DNA of 64,000 nucleotides from a virus: positions 1-64,000 of the IMG/VR virus record IMGVR_UViG_3300021471_000006. The stretch is one strand, 5' to 3'. The position numbers and the translations under genes were made by a program. Under the pieces are notes generated by a model that saw only the letters and a list, made by a program, of their open reading frames with translations, made no database searches and was not told the DNA's origin. Below are positions 50,172-59,120 of the stretch, in pieces (the stretch's first letter is position 1; the number at the start of each line of letters is the position of its first letter).

Positions 50172-50828
50172 TTTCTTTTTCTTTTTTTTTCAATTTTTTA
50201 GATGGGGCTACTGCCGTCCGGCGTCATTCTGGCCGAGGCAAGGTGAACCCATCCGCCTTACCGGCGGCTATACGCACGCCGTTAGAGAGCCTCAGGCATC
50301 CAGCCTTAGGCGCACAGTGGACGGCTGACGCCGGGCAACTATCTGTAACAGTAAGACATCTATCTAGGGTAGGTGGCTAGGTGGATAGGGACAGTTTTCC
50401 AGCACCATTTAGCCGTACCAGCTGATAGTTATTTCACTACTTTCTAACCGTATCTTATTGTATAGACATACATAGTTGCCCGTGGGCTTCTATCTAGTCG
50501 CACTTACTCACACGCCGATAGGAATTCTTTATACATTTATTATATACTGATAGTTGCCCGAGGAGCGTGTGGAACGCAGGTAAATATGGCAAAAATCGAG
50601 GTTCTCTCCCACCCTAATAAAACTACTTGGGGCATATAAAACGCCAACCTACATATATAGGATTGCGTCAGGTTGAAATAGCTTTGATACCCTAGTTTAA
50701 TATAGTTTTTGATATACTTTAGGCGACTTTTGAATAGAAAAATTTATAAATGGTTTTTCACTATTAGCTACTGTCAGCAAGACAACACCACTAAGTCGGG
50801 CTGAACAAGCTAACGGAGGTCGATATAA

Positions 50829-51590
50829 GTGGCAAAAGAAAAACCAGCACGTAAAATAGAGGTTAAAAGTTCCTCATTGGGAAACTTTATCTACTATGCA
50901 CGTGATACACCTAAAGAAACTACGTTTGGGCACAGTTTCTTTGGAACAATAGACGCAAGAGGACTTAATTTGCTACAAGCAAATAAAGTACCCGTATATA
51001 GTGCGAAAGAGTATTGCGACGCCCTAGCACAAGCACTAACATTGCTTATGCGACAACACAACAAGAACGCACCCGCATTTCCAAGAGAGTTCTTGGGTAG
51101 TAGAGGTCCGTCTTGGAAAACTTCTAGAGAGAGAGAGGGAAACGAAATCTATATAGACGGAGTAAGATTTTACCCTGAAATAAAACAGAGATATGAAGAG
51201 GCAGAGAGATTGAAAGAACTTGCTAAACAGCAAAAAGCAGTAAAAGTAGAAACGCCTAAAGTAGTTGCACAACCACAAACAATAGAGGTAGAGATGCCTC
51301 AGGCAGTACCATCTGCTCCGACACAAGTAGTAACAGCAAAACCACAAGCAGTAAATACACCCGTTACAGCAGTTGCAGATAGCACAAAAGACCCGGATGC
51401 TGAAGCCGTCAGAAAAATTCTAACAGCAAGAGATACAAAGAATTTTACCGACAAGCAGATACAAGAGGCTTTAGTAGCTAAATACGGGAAACAAAGAGGA
51501 GCAGAATTGTGGAACAAGGCAATAGCTTCTCTAACACCGACAACACCAACAGTTCCAGAGATACCCGTGCCACCACAAATTGATTTATAA
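50829..51590 (+). CDS. Hypothetical early protein with a Pro/Ala/Thr-rich linker
   Basis: Promoter AAAATTTATAAATG at ~50739, GGAGGT SD, terminator hairpin at 51591-51620. Confidence 0.7.
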   Translation: MAKEKPARKIEVKSSSLGNFIYYARDTPKETTFGHSFFGTIDARGLNLLQANKVPVYSAKEYCDALAQALTLLMRQHNKNAPAFPREFLGSRGPSWKTSREREGNEIYIDGVRFYPEIKQRYEEAERLKELAKQQKAVKVETPKVVAQPQTIEVEMPQAVPSAPTQVVTAKPQAVNTPVTAVADSTKDPDAEAVRKILTARDTKNFTDKQIQEALVAKYGKQRGAELWNKAIASLTPTTPTVPEIPVPPQIDL

Positions 51591-51633
51591 GAGGGGATTT
51601 TTCCCCTTTTTATTTTTTTAAGAGGTAAACAAA

Positions 51634-51756
51634 ATGAACGAATATGGAATAAGACCCGAGTCTCAGCCCTATGTGTGTTCAAAATGTGGAATAAGTTTTA
51701 ATAGTAGAGGAGAATTATTTGAGCATAAACAATTAATACACAAAAGAGGCGATTAA
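51634..51756 (+). CDS. Classical C2H2 zinc-finger microprotein (40 aa)
   Basis: PYVCSKCGISFNSRGELFEHKQLIH; GAGGT SD. Confidence 0.75.
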   Translation: MNEYGIRPESQPYVCSKCGISFNSRGELFEHKQLIHKRGD

Positions 51757-51757
51757 A

Positions 51758-51853
51758 ATGAACTACTGTATTAAATGCGGAAAAAGAACAAGCACTTATA
51801 GGACTTTTTGTAGTGATAAATGTAGAGGTGAATTTTATGGTAACATTTGCTAA
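51758..51853 (+). CDS. Zn-ribbon microprotein (31 aa)
   Basis: MNYCIKCGKR...FCSDKC. Confidence 0.6.
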   Translation: MNYCIKCGKRTSTYRTFCSDKCRGEFYGNIC

Positions 51854-52107
51854 AAAAGGACATCCTAAGGATTGTGAATGCCGAATATGTGTATGGAATT
51901 TTTCAGATAGACGGAGGTAAGTAAAATGTCTAGAAAGAAAATGAAAACAAGAACAAACCCTAAGAAGGAAAAATATAGGGCACTTAAAACCCCTGATAGT
52001 GAGAAAGGCAGATATAAGCCAAAAGTTCCAGAACTAACACCCGAGCAAAGAAAACAAAAACTCTGGAATGAGAGAAAAATAAATCGGTTCTTTAGAAGAA
52101 GGAGGAG

Positions 52108-52527
52108 ATGAAAATGAAAAGAGTTACGAAAAGTGAACTGATTATCTATGATAGTGGGTGTATTATGGGAGCCGATAATCTTTTTGAGAGAATTAAAAGG
52201 ATTAATATTGATTATTCACAGGAGAACTTTTTAGTCTTTTATATGAACACCAAACACAAGATATTACATACCGAAATATTGTTTAAGGGCGGTTTAAATA
52301 GTAGCATAGTAGATTTAAGGACTTTATTTAGAAACACACTATTGCAAAACGCCCATAAAATTGTTGTTGCTCATAATCACCCGAGTGGAAATTTAACTCC
52401 TAGTGAAGAGGATTTAGATGTTTACAAGAATATGAAGGAAGCAGGTAAGATAATACAAATAGAGGTTCTTGATTTTGTAATTTTTAATAGGACCGAATTT
52501 TTTAGTTGTGGGAGGGAGTATGAATGA
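52108..52527 (+). CDS. radC: RadC-family JAB domain protein
   Basis: QENFLVFYMNTK, GGLNSSIVD, AHNHPSGNLTPSEED, IEVLDFVI. Confidence 0.92.
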   Translation: MKMKRVTKSELIIYDSGCIMGADNLFERIKRINIDYSQENFLVFYMNTKHKILHTEILFKGGLNSSIVDLRTLFRNTLLQNAHKIVVAHNHPSGNLTPSEEDLDVYKNMKEAGKIIQIEVLDFVIFNRTEFFSCGREYE

Positions 52528-52832
52528 AAAACTATGAAATAAAATATTTAGCCCGTTTAAGTGGAACATTAAACGAGGAACAAGTAGCAGAACTAATGTT
52601 AGATATAGGGAACCCTAATGGACTAATTCTCAAAGGCATTAGAAAGATAGGAGTACATAAAAAGTGTTTATCTGTTTGTAAAAACCCCTATTGTTCTAAT
52701 CAAATATCCGAGAATAGAACATTTTGTAAAGTATGCGCATATATAAACAAAATAGGATATCAACGTGGATATATTATTGGAAAGAACGGGTGGAGAAATA
52801 AATATGAGAAAAAGGCTAAAATTAAAATATGA
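52524..52832 (+). CDS. Zn-finger hypothetical protein
   Basis: CKNPYC...FCKVC. Confidence 0.5.
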   Translation: MKNYEIKYLARLSGTLNEEQVAELMLDIGNPNGLILKGIRKIGVHKKCLSVCKNPYCSNQISENRTFCKVCAYINKIGYQRGYIIGKNGWRNKYEKKAKIKI

Positions 52833-53611
52833 CCCACTCATTTCTTTTTTTTGTCCTGTATGTAAGAGCAAGACAAGACAGGCTAGAATAAACAATAAAA
52901 GAGTATGTGTGGGCTGTAATCTTTCTCTAACTCCCAATGAGTGTCTTATTATAGATAGGCGAGACAAGAATAAACATTTTAAACTAGGAACTGATTATAT
53001 TTTACCTTCACATTATAAACTATAAGGAGGCGATAGAAATGCAAATTGGAACATTTAAGGAAGGCAACATTGATTTAGACCCGTGGCAATTATTAAAGTT
53101 AATAGCACTCATTCTTATTCAGGCGGGACTAGTTGGTTTTGTCATATTCTTTACCTTAATGCTTTTGGGCGGCATCATAGGTGCCGTCTGATTTTTTTTT
53201 GTTAGGATTTCTAGGGGCCGAGGCGAGGAGAGGTAGCAGAGTGACGCCGGTTCGTGATAGGCAGAAGGAGGCTTCTGAAAACCTATTAGAAGGCTCGAGT
53301 TTAGTTAGGAGGCTCGAAGGAAATATGGAGGCTCAATGACGGAAGCATACGACCGTACTAGTTCCGTTATCTAGCCTGGCCTGTCCTAGACTGGGCAATG
53401 CTCGCCCACCAAAAGATTTATAAAACTATCTAATTTAATTTTTCGGCTAATTGAGGAATGTTTTCTCCCAAATCGTGCCTGTTTATGCCCACCGATTTCC
53501 GAAATTATAGGACTTTTTATATACACACATCCGTGCGGAAGAACGTGCATCCTGTAGGTTTTCCGAAAATTGATTAAGTAACCGACCATAAAGTCGCCCA
53601 GAAAAAAACCA

Positions 53612-53626
53612 AAAAATTTATAAATG
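53612..53626 (+). promoter_or_regulatory. BRE/TATA promoter driving the long 53.7-60.2 kb small-gene operon
   Basis: AAAAATTTATAAATG; same element at ~49493 and ~50739. Confidence 0.7.
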
Positions 53627-53883
53627 AATTTGATTTATAAGAGAATAACAATATAAATTATTTAAAACTGTAAAGGTGAGGACAGTATGGAAGAGATAGA
53701 AAAAGAAATTTTACAGGACGAACAAATTGAAGAAATGTTAGGATATTTCGAGTTTGATGAAAAAACTAAATCAATACCCGAAGAATTGCCTAAGGAATTC
53801 TATGAGCAACTTGAAGCAGATATAATTAAGGAGCAAACAGGAGAGGCTTATTTTGAAAGAATGAAAGAACTAGGTGAGATGTT

Positions 53884-54291
53884 ATGAGAGTTCTTACTAA
53901 GGTAGGACAAACACCAAGAGAAGCATTAGAGGACGCATATCTTCAAGCATATAAAGAACTCGAAGTTACCGAACTAGATTTCTTATTTGATAATCCTAGA
54001 GAGTGGCATAATGTAAAGCAAATAGTAGGAGATATTATGGGGTGCATAATGTTTGGAAGAACTGTGCCAAAGAGGGCGTCCAGAATGACGCCGGTTCGAG
54101 AGGGAATGAAATTCCTAAGAGACCGACCAATTAGGACTTATCCCCGAAAGATAAAAAATAAAAGGCAGAAGCTAAATTATCTAAAAAATCTATTCCTAAA
54201 TGGTGAAATTGACTTCGGAGTGTTCTGCGATTTAGCAGATATGATAGGAAACAGAACTAAAAAGAAAATATACCTTATGAAGGTGTTGTAA
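53884..54291 (+). CDS. Hypothetical protein (contains a CAGAATGACGCC motif internally)
   Basis: 135-aa ORF with GGTGA SD. Confidence 0.55.
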   Translation: MRVLTKVGQTPREALEDAYLQAYKELEVTELDFLFDNPREWHNVKQIVGDIMGCIMFGRTVPKRASRMTPVREGMKFLRDRPIRTYPRKIKNKRQKLNYLKNLFLNGEIDFGVFCDLADMIGNRTKKKIYLMKVL

Positions 54292-55048
54292 AAATGTCCC
54301 CATATATGAGTTATATATTAACAAACGACCCGACTATGACAGATTTGAGAGAAAAATACTTAGGAGTTCCAGAAACCCAAAAGGAAAAGGAAGCTAGAAT
54401 AATAGCTATGGTTACAGAGAGAGTTACCGAAGAAATAAGAAAGGAGTTAAAAACTGAAAAACTCCTAATGGAGTTGATTTAACGTGAACGAAATCCAACT
54501 AACGGTGCTTGGAGAACTAACTCAAGAGATGAACTTATCTCCTAAAATAGTTGAAACAAGTATGAAACACCTTGAGAATCTAGAGGGACAAAAATGACAA
54601 AAGAAGAGGAATGGGAGAACAGATTTGACCTAACTGTCGGAGACAGAATGTTTTGGTGGGAGTTATGCTCACGAAATTTTTACAAGAGAGAGGTTTAGAA
54701 AAATGAAAGTAGGAGAATGTACTACACAAGAACAAATTGACGAAATTATAAGAATAAGAGCCGAAATATCCAAACTAAAAAGCCGAGTAAAAGAGTTGGA
54801 GGATAAAATTGTCCGACAAAATTATTGTTGAGGGATTACCGTTAGCAGAATTAGAAGAATTGCTTGCCCAAGTGGCAACACTTCAAAAGAAAAAAGAACG
54901 GTTAAATAGTTTAATTAATAAAATACTTGAAATTGCCGACGAGCAAATTCATATAATTCATTATGACAAGACATCAGCAAAAGTAAGAGGCTTAATAAGA
55001 GAATATAGACGAAAGACAATATAAAACATTGTGGAGGGAGAATGAAAA

Positions 55049-55213
55049 ATGAGTATTAAATGTCCGATATGTGGAGAAATTACACCACCCAAACAACCCA
55101 CACACAGAATAACTTATAAAGAGTTCACAAAAGAAGGCTCTAAAATTACAGGCGAGATAACTGTTTGTCAGAACTGTGGCAGTAGGCACAGAAAATTGGT
55201 TGAGGTGATTTAA
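55049..55213 (+). CDS. Zn-ribbon microprotein (54 aa)
   Basis: CPICG...CQNCG; GGAGG SD. Confidence 0.6.
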   Translation: MSIKCPICGEITPPKQPTHRITYKEFTKEGSKITGEITVCQNCGSRHRKLVEVI

Positions 55214-55214
55214 A

Positions 55215-55340
55215 TTGAATAATACCCAAGTATACGAAAGGTGTCCCAAGTGTGGACATTTTGAAATAAAAAACATTCTTTTTAATAACGGTTGTGAAGA
55301 ATGTGGATATACAGGTGGAGAAATTGCTAGAACAGGATAG
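55215..55340 (+). CDS. Zn-ribbon microprotein (41 aa)
   Basis: TTG start after GAGGTGA; CPKCG...CEECG. Confidence 0.6.
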   Translation: MNNTQVYERCPKCGHFEIKNILFNNGCEECGYTGGEIARTG

Positions 55341-55414
55341 AAAATGCTACTTTGATGATATAGAGGTAGATGAAGATACCTATGAACATTATTTAATGGA
55401 GGCTAGACTAGAAA

Positions 55415-55654
55415 ATGGCATATAAATATCCGGAAGGCACAGAAATCCTTTGCATTAAAAATGGAGAGCCTTTTGTAGCAGGAAGAATATATACTGTCTA
55501 TCATAGTGAGAGGTGGAGAGAGGCTCACGGCTATAGGTTTAAAGATGTTGAGTGGGAAGAAGACCCGGGCTGGTCTCAGTCCTTTATTGAAAGTCCCGAC
55601 TATTTTAAGAAAGTAGAGAAAAAGGTAACAAGTTGGAGAAAATTAATAGAATGA
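55415..55654 (+). CDS. Small SH3-like protein with the C-terminal W-tag
   Basis: YPEGTEILC...; ends KKVTSWRKLIE. Confidence 0.65.
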   Translation: MAYKYPEGTEILCIKNGEPFVAGRIYTVYHSERWREAHGYRFKDVEWEEDPGWSQSFIESPDYFKKVEKKVTSWRKLIE

Positions 55655-55723
55655 AATTCAAATTAGGATTTAAAGAGAGAGACCTAGAACTTAATAATAT
55701 AAACTTCTGGAGGCGTCATTTAA

Positions 55724-55951
55724 ATGGGGAGATTTAAAGTGGGAGACAAAATTAGATTTATTGAAAACGGAGACTTTTTACATAATGATTACGGTATTAG
55801 TGAAAGTTGTGCAGGTCATACGGGAACTATTGTTGCGGAATACAGGAACTCTGAATATAGTATCAGATGTTCCTGTGGAATATTATGGTTGGCTTTTGAA
55901 AGACATTTTACGTCCCCGAGAATAGATAATTGGAAAAAGGTAATAGAATGA
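55724..55951 (+). CDS. Small SH3/KOW-like protein with the C-terminal W-tag
   Basis: FKVGDKIR...GHTGTI; ends RIDNWKKVIE. Confidence 0.7.
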   Translation: MGRFKVGDKIRFIENGDFLHNDYGISESCAGHTGTIVAEYRNSEYSIRCSCGILWLAFERHFTSPRIDNWKKVIE

Positions 55952-56235
55952 CAATAGACCCAGAAACGAAAGAAGAACACATTAGTCCCGTTGGATTAGA
56001 ACATCAGGGACCCCAAATTAGTAAAGGAGGCATTTATTATGCTAACATTAAACTTAGGCATTGGATTATCTGTCTTATTCAAGACGCATACCCGGAACTA
56101 AAAGAACGTATGACTAACAACCCAAATGCCATTAACATCCTGTCGGCATTCATAGCTTTAGTTCCACTACAGACTAAGGGGAAACTAACTCCCGAGTTAA
56201 AAAGAAAAATATTAAAAAATTATAAACTAATATAG
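55948..56235 (+). CDS. Hypothetical protein
   Basis: ATGA-coupled start MTIDPETK. Confidence 0.5.
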   Translation: MTIDPETKEEHISPVGLEHQGPQISKGGIYYANIKLRHWIICLIQDAYPELKERMTNNPNAINILSAFIALVPLQTKGKLTPELKRKILKNYKLI

Positions 56236-56243
56236 GTGATAAA

Positions 56244-56513
56244 ATGACAACACTTTACAATAGTAGGTACGACCATTTTAGACGTGGTAGAGTAAGTATA
56301 GAAACTGCAGAAACAGGCAGAAGCAAGTGCCAGAAATGTAATAGAATAATAGGTAAGGGAGAGCCCCGACTTGTTTACGACGGATATAATTATAAATATT
56401 GGTGTAATGCCTGCACTTTAAGAGAGTTAAAAAGGGAATTTGAAAAATTAGAGAAAATCTTGAGTGTTTCTTGGAGAGCCCGAATAGAGGCAGAGCCAGA
56501 GGTGGAAAGATGA
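56244..56513 (+). CDS. PARP-type zinc-finger-like protein with a W-tag
   Basis: ETAETGRSKCQKCNRIIGKGEPRL...WCNAC resembles zf-PARP; SVSWRARIE near the C-terminus. Confidence 0.6.
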   Translation: MTTLYNSRYDHFRRGRVSIETAETGRSKCQKCNRIIGKGEPRLVYDGYNYKYWCNACTLRELKREFEKLEKILSVSWRARIEAEPEVER

Positions 56514-56630
56514 AACTAATCTTTAATATGTATATAAAGAGAGAAGATATGGGAAAAGAAGAGGCTAAGAAACTTGCAATAGAAACCGGTATAGCAATAC
56601 AAGATTTTCAAATGAAATATCCTGTAGAGT

Positions 56631-56975
56631 TTGAAGGTGTTGAATTTGAAGATTGACCTATCTGTTTACAGTTTAGTTTTTCGAGCAAAAGAACTTAACT
56701 CAAAGTTCTCCCTAAAAGAGGGAGACTTAATCGTAGCTAGAAAGGAATGTCATAATGATATGGAAAAGAAAGTTGTAGAGGTAATACAAGTAAATCACCC
56801 AATAGAAAAAAAAGGATATGTAGTTAAAGTTTTAGAGAATATGGACACACGCCTATTACCGAGATTTTCCTCTGGAACAATTTGGAATATGAGGCATATG
56901 AAAAACTCTATACATACGGACTGCGACATATATAGAAAAACTAAAATAAAAAGTTGGAGGGAGAAAATAAGATGA
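56631..56975 (+). CDS. Small SH3-like protein with the C-terminal W-tag
   Basis: LKEGDLIV...; ends KIKSWREKIR. Confidence 0.6.
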   Translation: MKVLNLKIDLSVYSLVFRAKELNSKFSLKEGDLIVARKECHNDMEKKVVEVIQVNHPIEKKGYVVKVLENMDTRLLPRFSSGTIWNMRHMKNSIHTDCDIYRKTKIKSWREKIR

Positions 56976-57595
56976 AAATAACAACCGTGAATGGTAAAGA
57001 AATTAAGAAAGATATGCTTGAGGAACTGTCCCCAAGGATAGAGGATATTAGAAAATGGTTTGAGAAACAAGAGTTTTATAAAACGGATGAATTATGTCCA
57101 GATTATTTTGAACTAATCTATTCTCCGGAATGTATTAAATTAATTAAATCCAGAGTAGACCTTACTATGCTAACAGAAATAAATCCTGAGGCTGTTAATT
57201 GGTATGACTTAATAAGACAAAACGAAAGGGAGGTAGAAGATATGAGTCCGGAAATACTAGAGAAACGATATGAATTTGAAGAAACAGGCATTTGTGAAGA
57301 ACACATATTAGTACCCACAACGCCGTTCAAGACAGCTGCCGGAGAATTTAAAGTAGAGAACTGTGCAATATGTAGACAGGCATGGGTAACAATAGGAGAA
57401 ACAACTTACCAAGACGATTTACTTAAATTACTTAGGTGGATAGCATACATAAGCATTAAACAGGAGCAAAAAGAGAAGAATGTTAAAGACATTATGAACT
57501 TATTGGGGCTCGAAGAAGAAAAGAAACAACAAATAATAGTGGGCGATTTAATGACTACAACAAACCCGTCTAAAGAACTAATGGAGATAATTTAA
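56972..57595 (+). CDS. Hypothetical protein with Cys/His cluster
   Basis: ATGA-coupled start MKITTVNG; CEEH...CAIC. Confidence 0.55.
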   Translation: MKITTVNGKEIKKDMLEELSPRIEDIRKWFEKQEFYKTDELCPDYFELIYSPECIKLIKSRVDLTMLTEINPEAVNWYDLIRQNEREVEDMSPEILEKRYEFEETGICEEHILVPTTPFKTAAGEFKVENCAICRQAWVTIGETTYQDDLLKLLRWIAYISIKQEQKEKNVKDIMNLLGLEEEKKQQIIVGDLMTTTNPSKELMEII

Positions 57596-57820
57596 ATGGA
57601 AAATTTTACCTTTGGTGATATAGAAATAGGAGATAAGTTACTAATGGGAGAACGACAACGCAGAATTAGTTTTCCTGTTGTTGAAATTCATAAAAAATCT
57701 AATAAGGTCTCAATTAGAAAGTTAAGCGGATATATATATAAAGTAAATCCTCTAAAATATTCGGCACTTAGAAAGTCCAAAAAGAAAAAAGTTAAATCTT
57801 GGAAAAGGTTAATAGAATGA
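57596..57820 (+). CDS. Small SH3-like protein with the C-terminal W-tag
   Basis: DIEIGDKLL...; ends KVKSWKRLIE. Confidence 0.65.
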   Translation: MENFTFGDIEIGDKLLMGERQRRISFPVVEIHKKSNKVSIRKLSGYIYKVNPLKYSALRKSKKKKVKSWKRLIE

Positions 57821-58056
57821 AAAGTATTAAAGTCAAAAACTTTATAATAGAAGAAGGAGATATATTAGGAAATAACCATTATTGGTATAAGGTTTTGAAA
57901 CTTTATCTTCCCAAGAAGAAAGGCTGTTTTATAGCACAGCTTGTTCAAATCGAAAATAACAAAGAGAAAGGGCTTCCATTTGATTATGAGGACTTTGATT
58001 GGATTACAAAAATAAAGAAATCTAAAATTAAAAATTGGAGGGAGTACATTGAATAA
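57817..58056 (+). CDS. Small SH3-like protein with the C-terminal W-tag
   Basis: IEEGDIL...; ends KIKNWREYIE. Confidence 0.65.
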   Translation: MKSIKVKNFIIEEGDILGNNHYWYKVLKLYLPKKKGCFIAQLVQIENNKEKGLPFDYEDFDWITKIKKSKIKNWREYIE

Positions 58057-58318
58057 AGAAATTAAAATAGGCGATGAAGCAAGAATAAATCCTGACATTA
58101 CTTGTGAACTATGCGGAGCTAGAGAGGTACTTGTTAAAACTAATTTAGGAACTTGGGTGTCTAATCTAATTTACTATATGGGACAACTTGTTTGTAAGGA
58201 CAGAGCAGATTGTATTAGAGCTCGGGAACTTAATAGCATAGGAGTTTACGGTATTGATAACGGAATTATAGTTGAACAAAATGGAGAAACTATTTTTGAG
58301 GCGTTTAAAGAAAAATGA
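58049..58318 (+). CDS. Zn-binding hypothetical protein
   Basis: CELC...CKDRADC. Confidence 0.5.
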   Translation: MNKEIKIGDEARINPDITCELCGAREVLVKTNLGTWVSNLIYYMGQLVCKDRADCIRARELNSIGVYGIDNGIIVEQNGETIFEAFKEK

Positions 58319-58872
58319 TTAAACTAACGGCAGAACAAATCTATAATTTATTTGTCCACAGAAAGGATGTATTCGCAAGACAATACAAAGGTGGCTTTTA
58401 TATTCCCGTTAGAAGACCCATAACAGTTGCAGATATAGAAAAACATTTAAGAGGAGAGGCAACATATGGACTGTATTGTTTAGATTTAGATAATACAATA
58501 AAGTGGGCTTGTATAGATTTAGACGCAGATATAAAGGGAGAGAATAAGGAAGCAGAGTTACGCCGGATGGAAAAAGACAGCAAAGTTATTTATGAATTAT
58601 TCCACGATTTCCCTAGAATGAGAGAGTTTAGTGGTAGAAAAGGTTATCATATTTGGATATTTTTTAATCCGCCCGTAACAGCAGAATTTGGGAGAACTTT
58701 AGTTCGTGCTAGACTAAATAGCATTCAGGCCCTAAAACACGAGGTATATCCGAAACAAACTGAACTAAATAAAAATCGAAAGTATGGAAATTTAGTTAAA
58801 ATTCCGCAAGCAGTTCATCAGGTTTCAGGAAAACGAAGTAAAATACTTGAAATGTGGGGTATAAGACTATGA
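58315..58872 (+). CDS. Stand-alone archaeo-eukaryotic primase (AEP) catalytic domain, TOTE-primase-like
   Basis: KHLRG..TYGLY, WACIDLD, EFSGRKGYHIWIFF, EVYPKQ...GNLVKIP. Confidence 0.88.
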   Translation: MIKLTAEQIYNLFVHRKDVFARQYKGGFYIPVRRPITVADIEKHLRGEATYGLYCLDLDNTIKWACIDLDADIKGENKEAELRRMEKDSKVIYELFHDFPRMREFSGRKGYHIWIFFNPPVTAEFGRTLVRARLNSIQALKHEVYPKQTELNKNRKYGNLVKIPQAVHQVSGKRSKILEMWGIRL

Positions 58873-59120
58873 GAAAGTTCAAGATAGGAGATAGAGTAAA
58901 ATTAATTAACAAAGATATGGTGTTTTTTAAAGTGGGAGAAACGGGTACTATAAGATGTTTTTACGAGGGTGCTAGACCAGATGTGGGAGTTGAATGGGAT
59001 ACTAAAAGTAATCATAGACACTCTTTACACGGAAACTGCAAAGAAGGATACGGCTATTATGTTTTTGAGGAAGATTTAGAACTAGAAAAGATAAAAAGCT
59101 GGAGGGAACTGTTAAAATGA
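58869..59120 (+). CDS. Small SH3/KOW-like protein with the C-terminal W-tag
   Basis: FKIGDRVK...GETGTI...VGVEWD...GYYV.EEDLEL; ends KIKSWRELLK. Confidence 0.7.
   Translation: MRKFKIGDRVKLINKDMVFFKVGETGTIRCFYEGARPDVGVEWDTKSNHRHSLHGNCKEGYGYYVFEEDLELEKIKSWRELLK

Noticed and set aside
52108-52527. RadC JAB protein as the peptidase of the Ubl system
   Set aside because: Typical stand-alone RadC of mobile elements, 8 kb away; the operon has its own JAB gene
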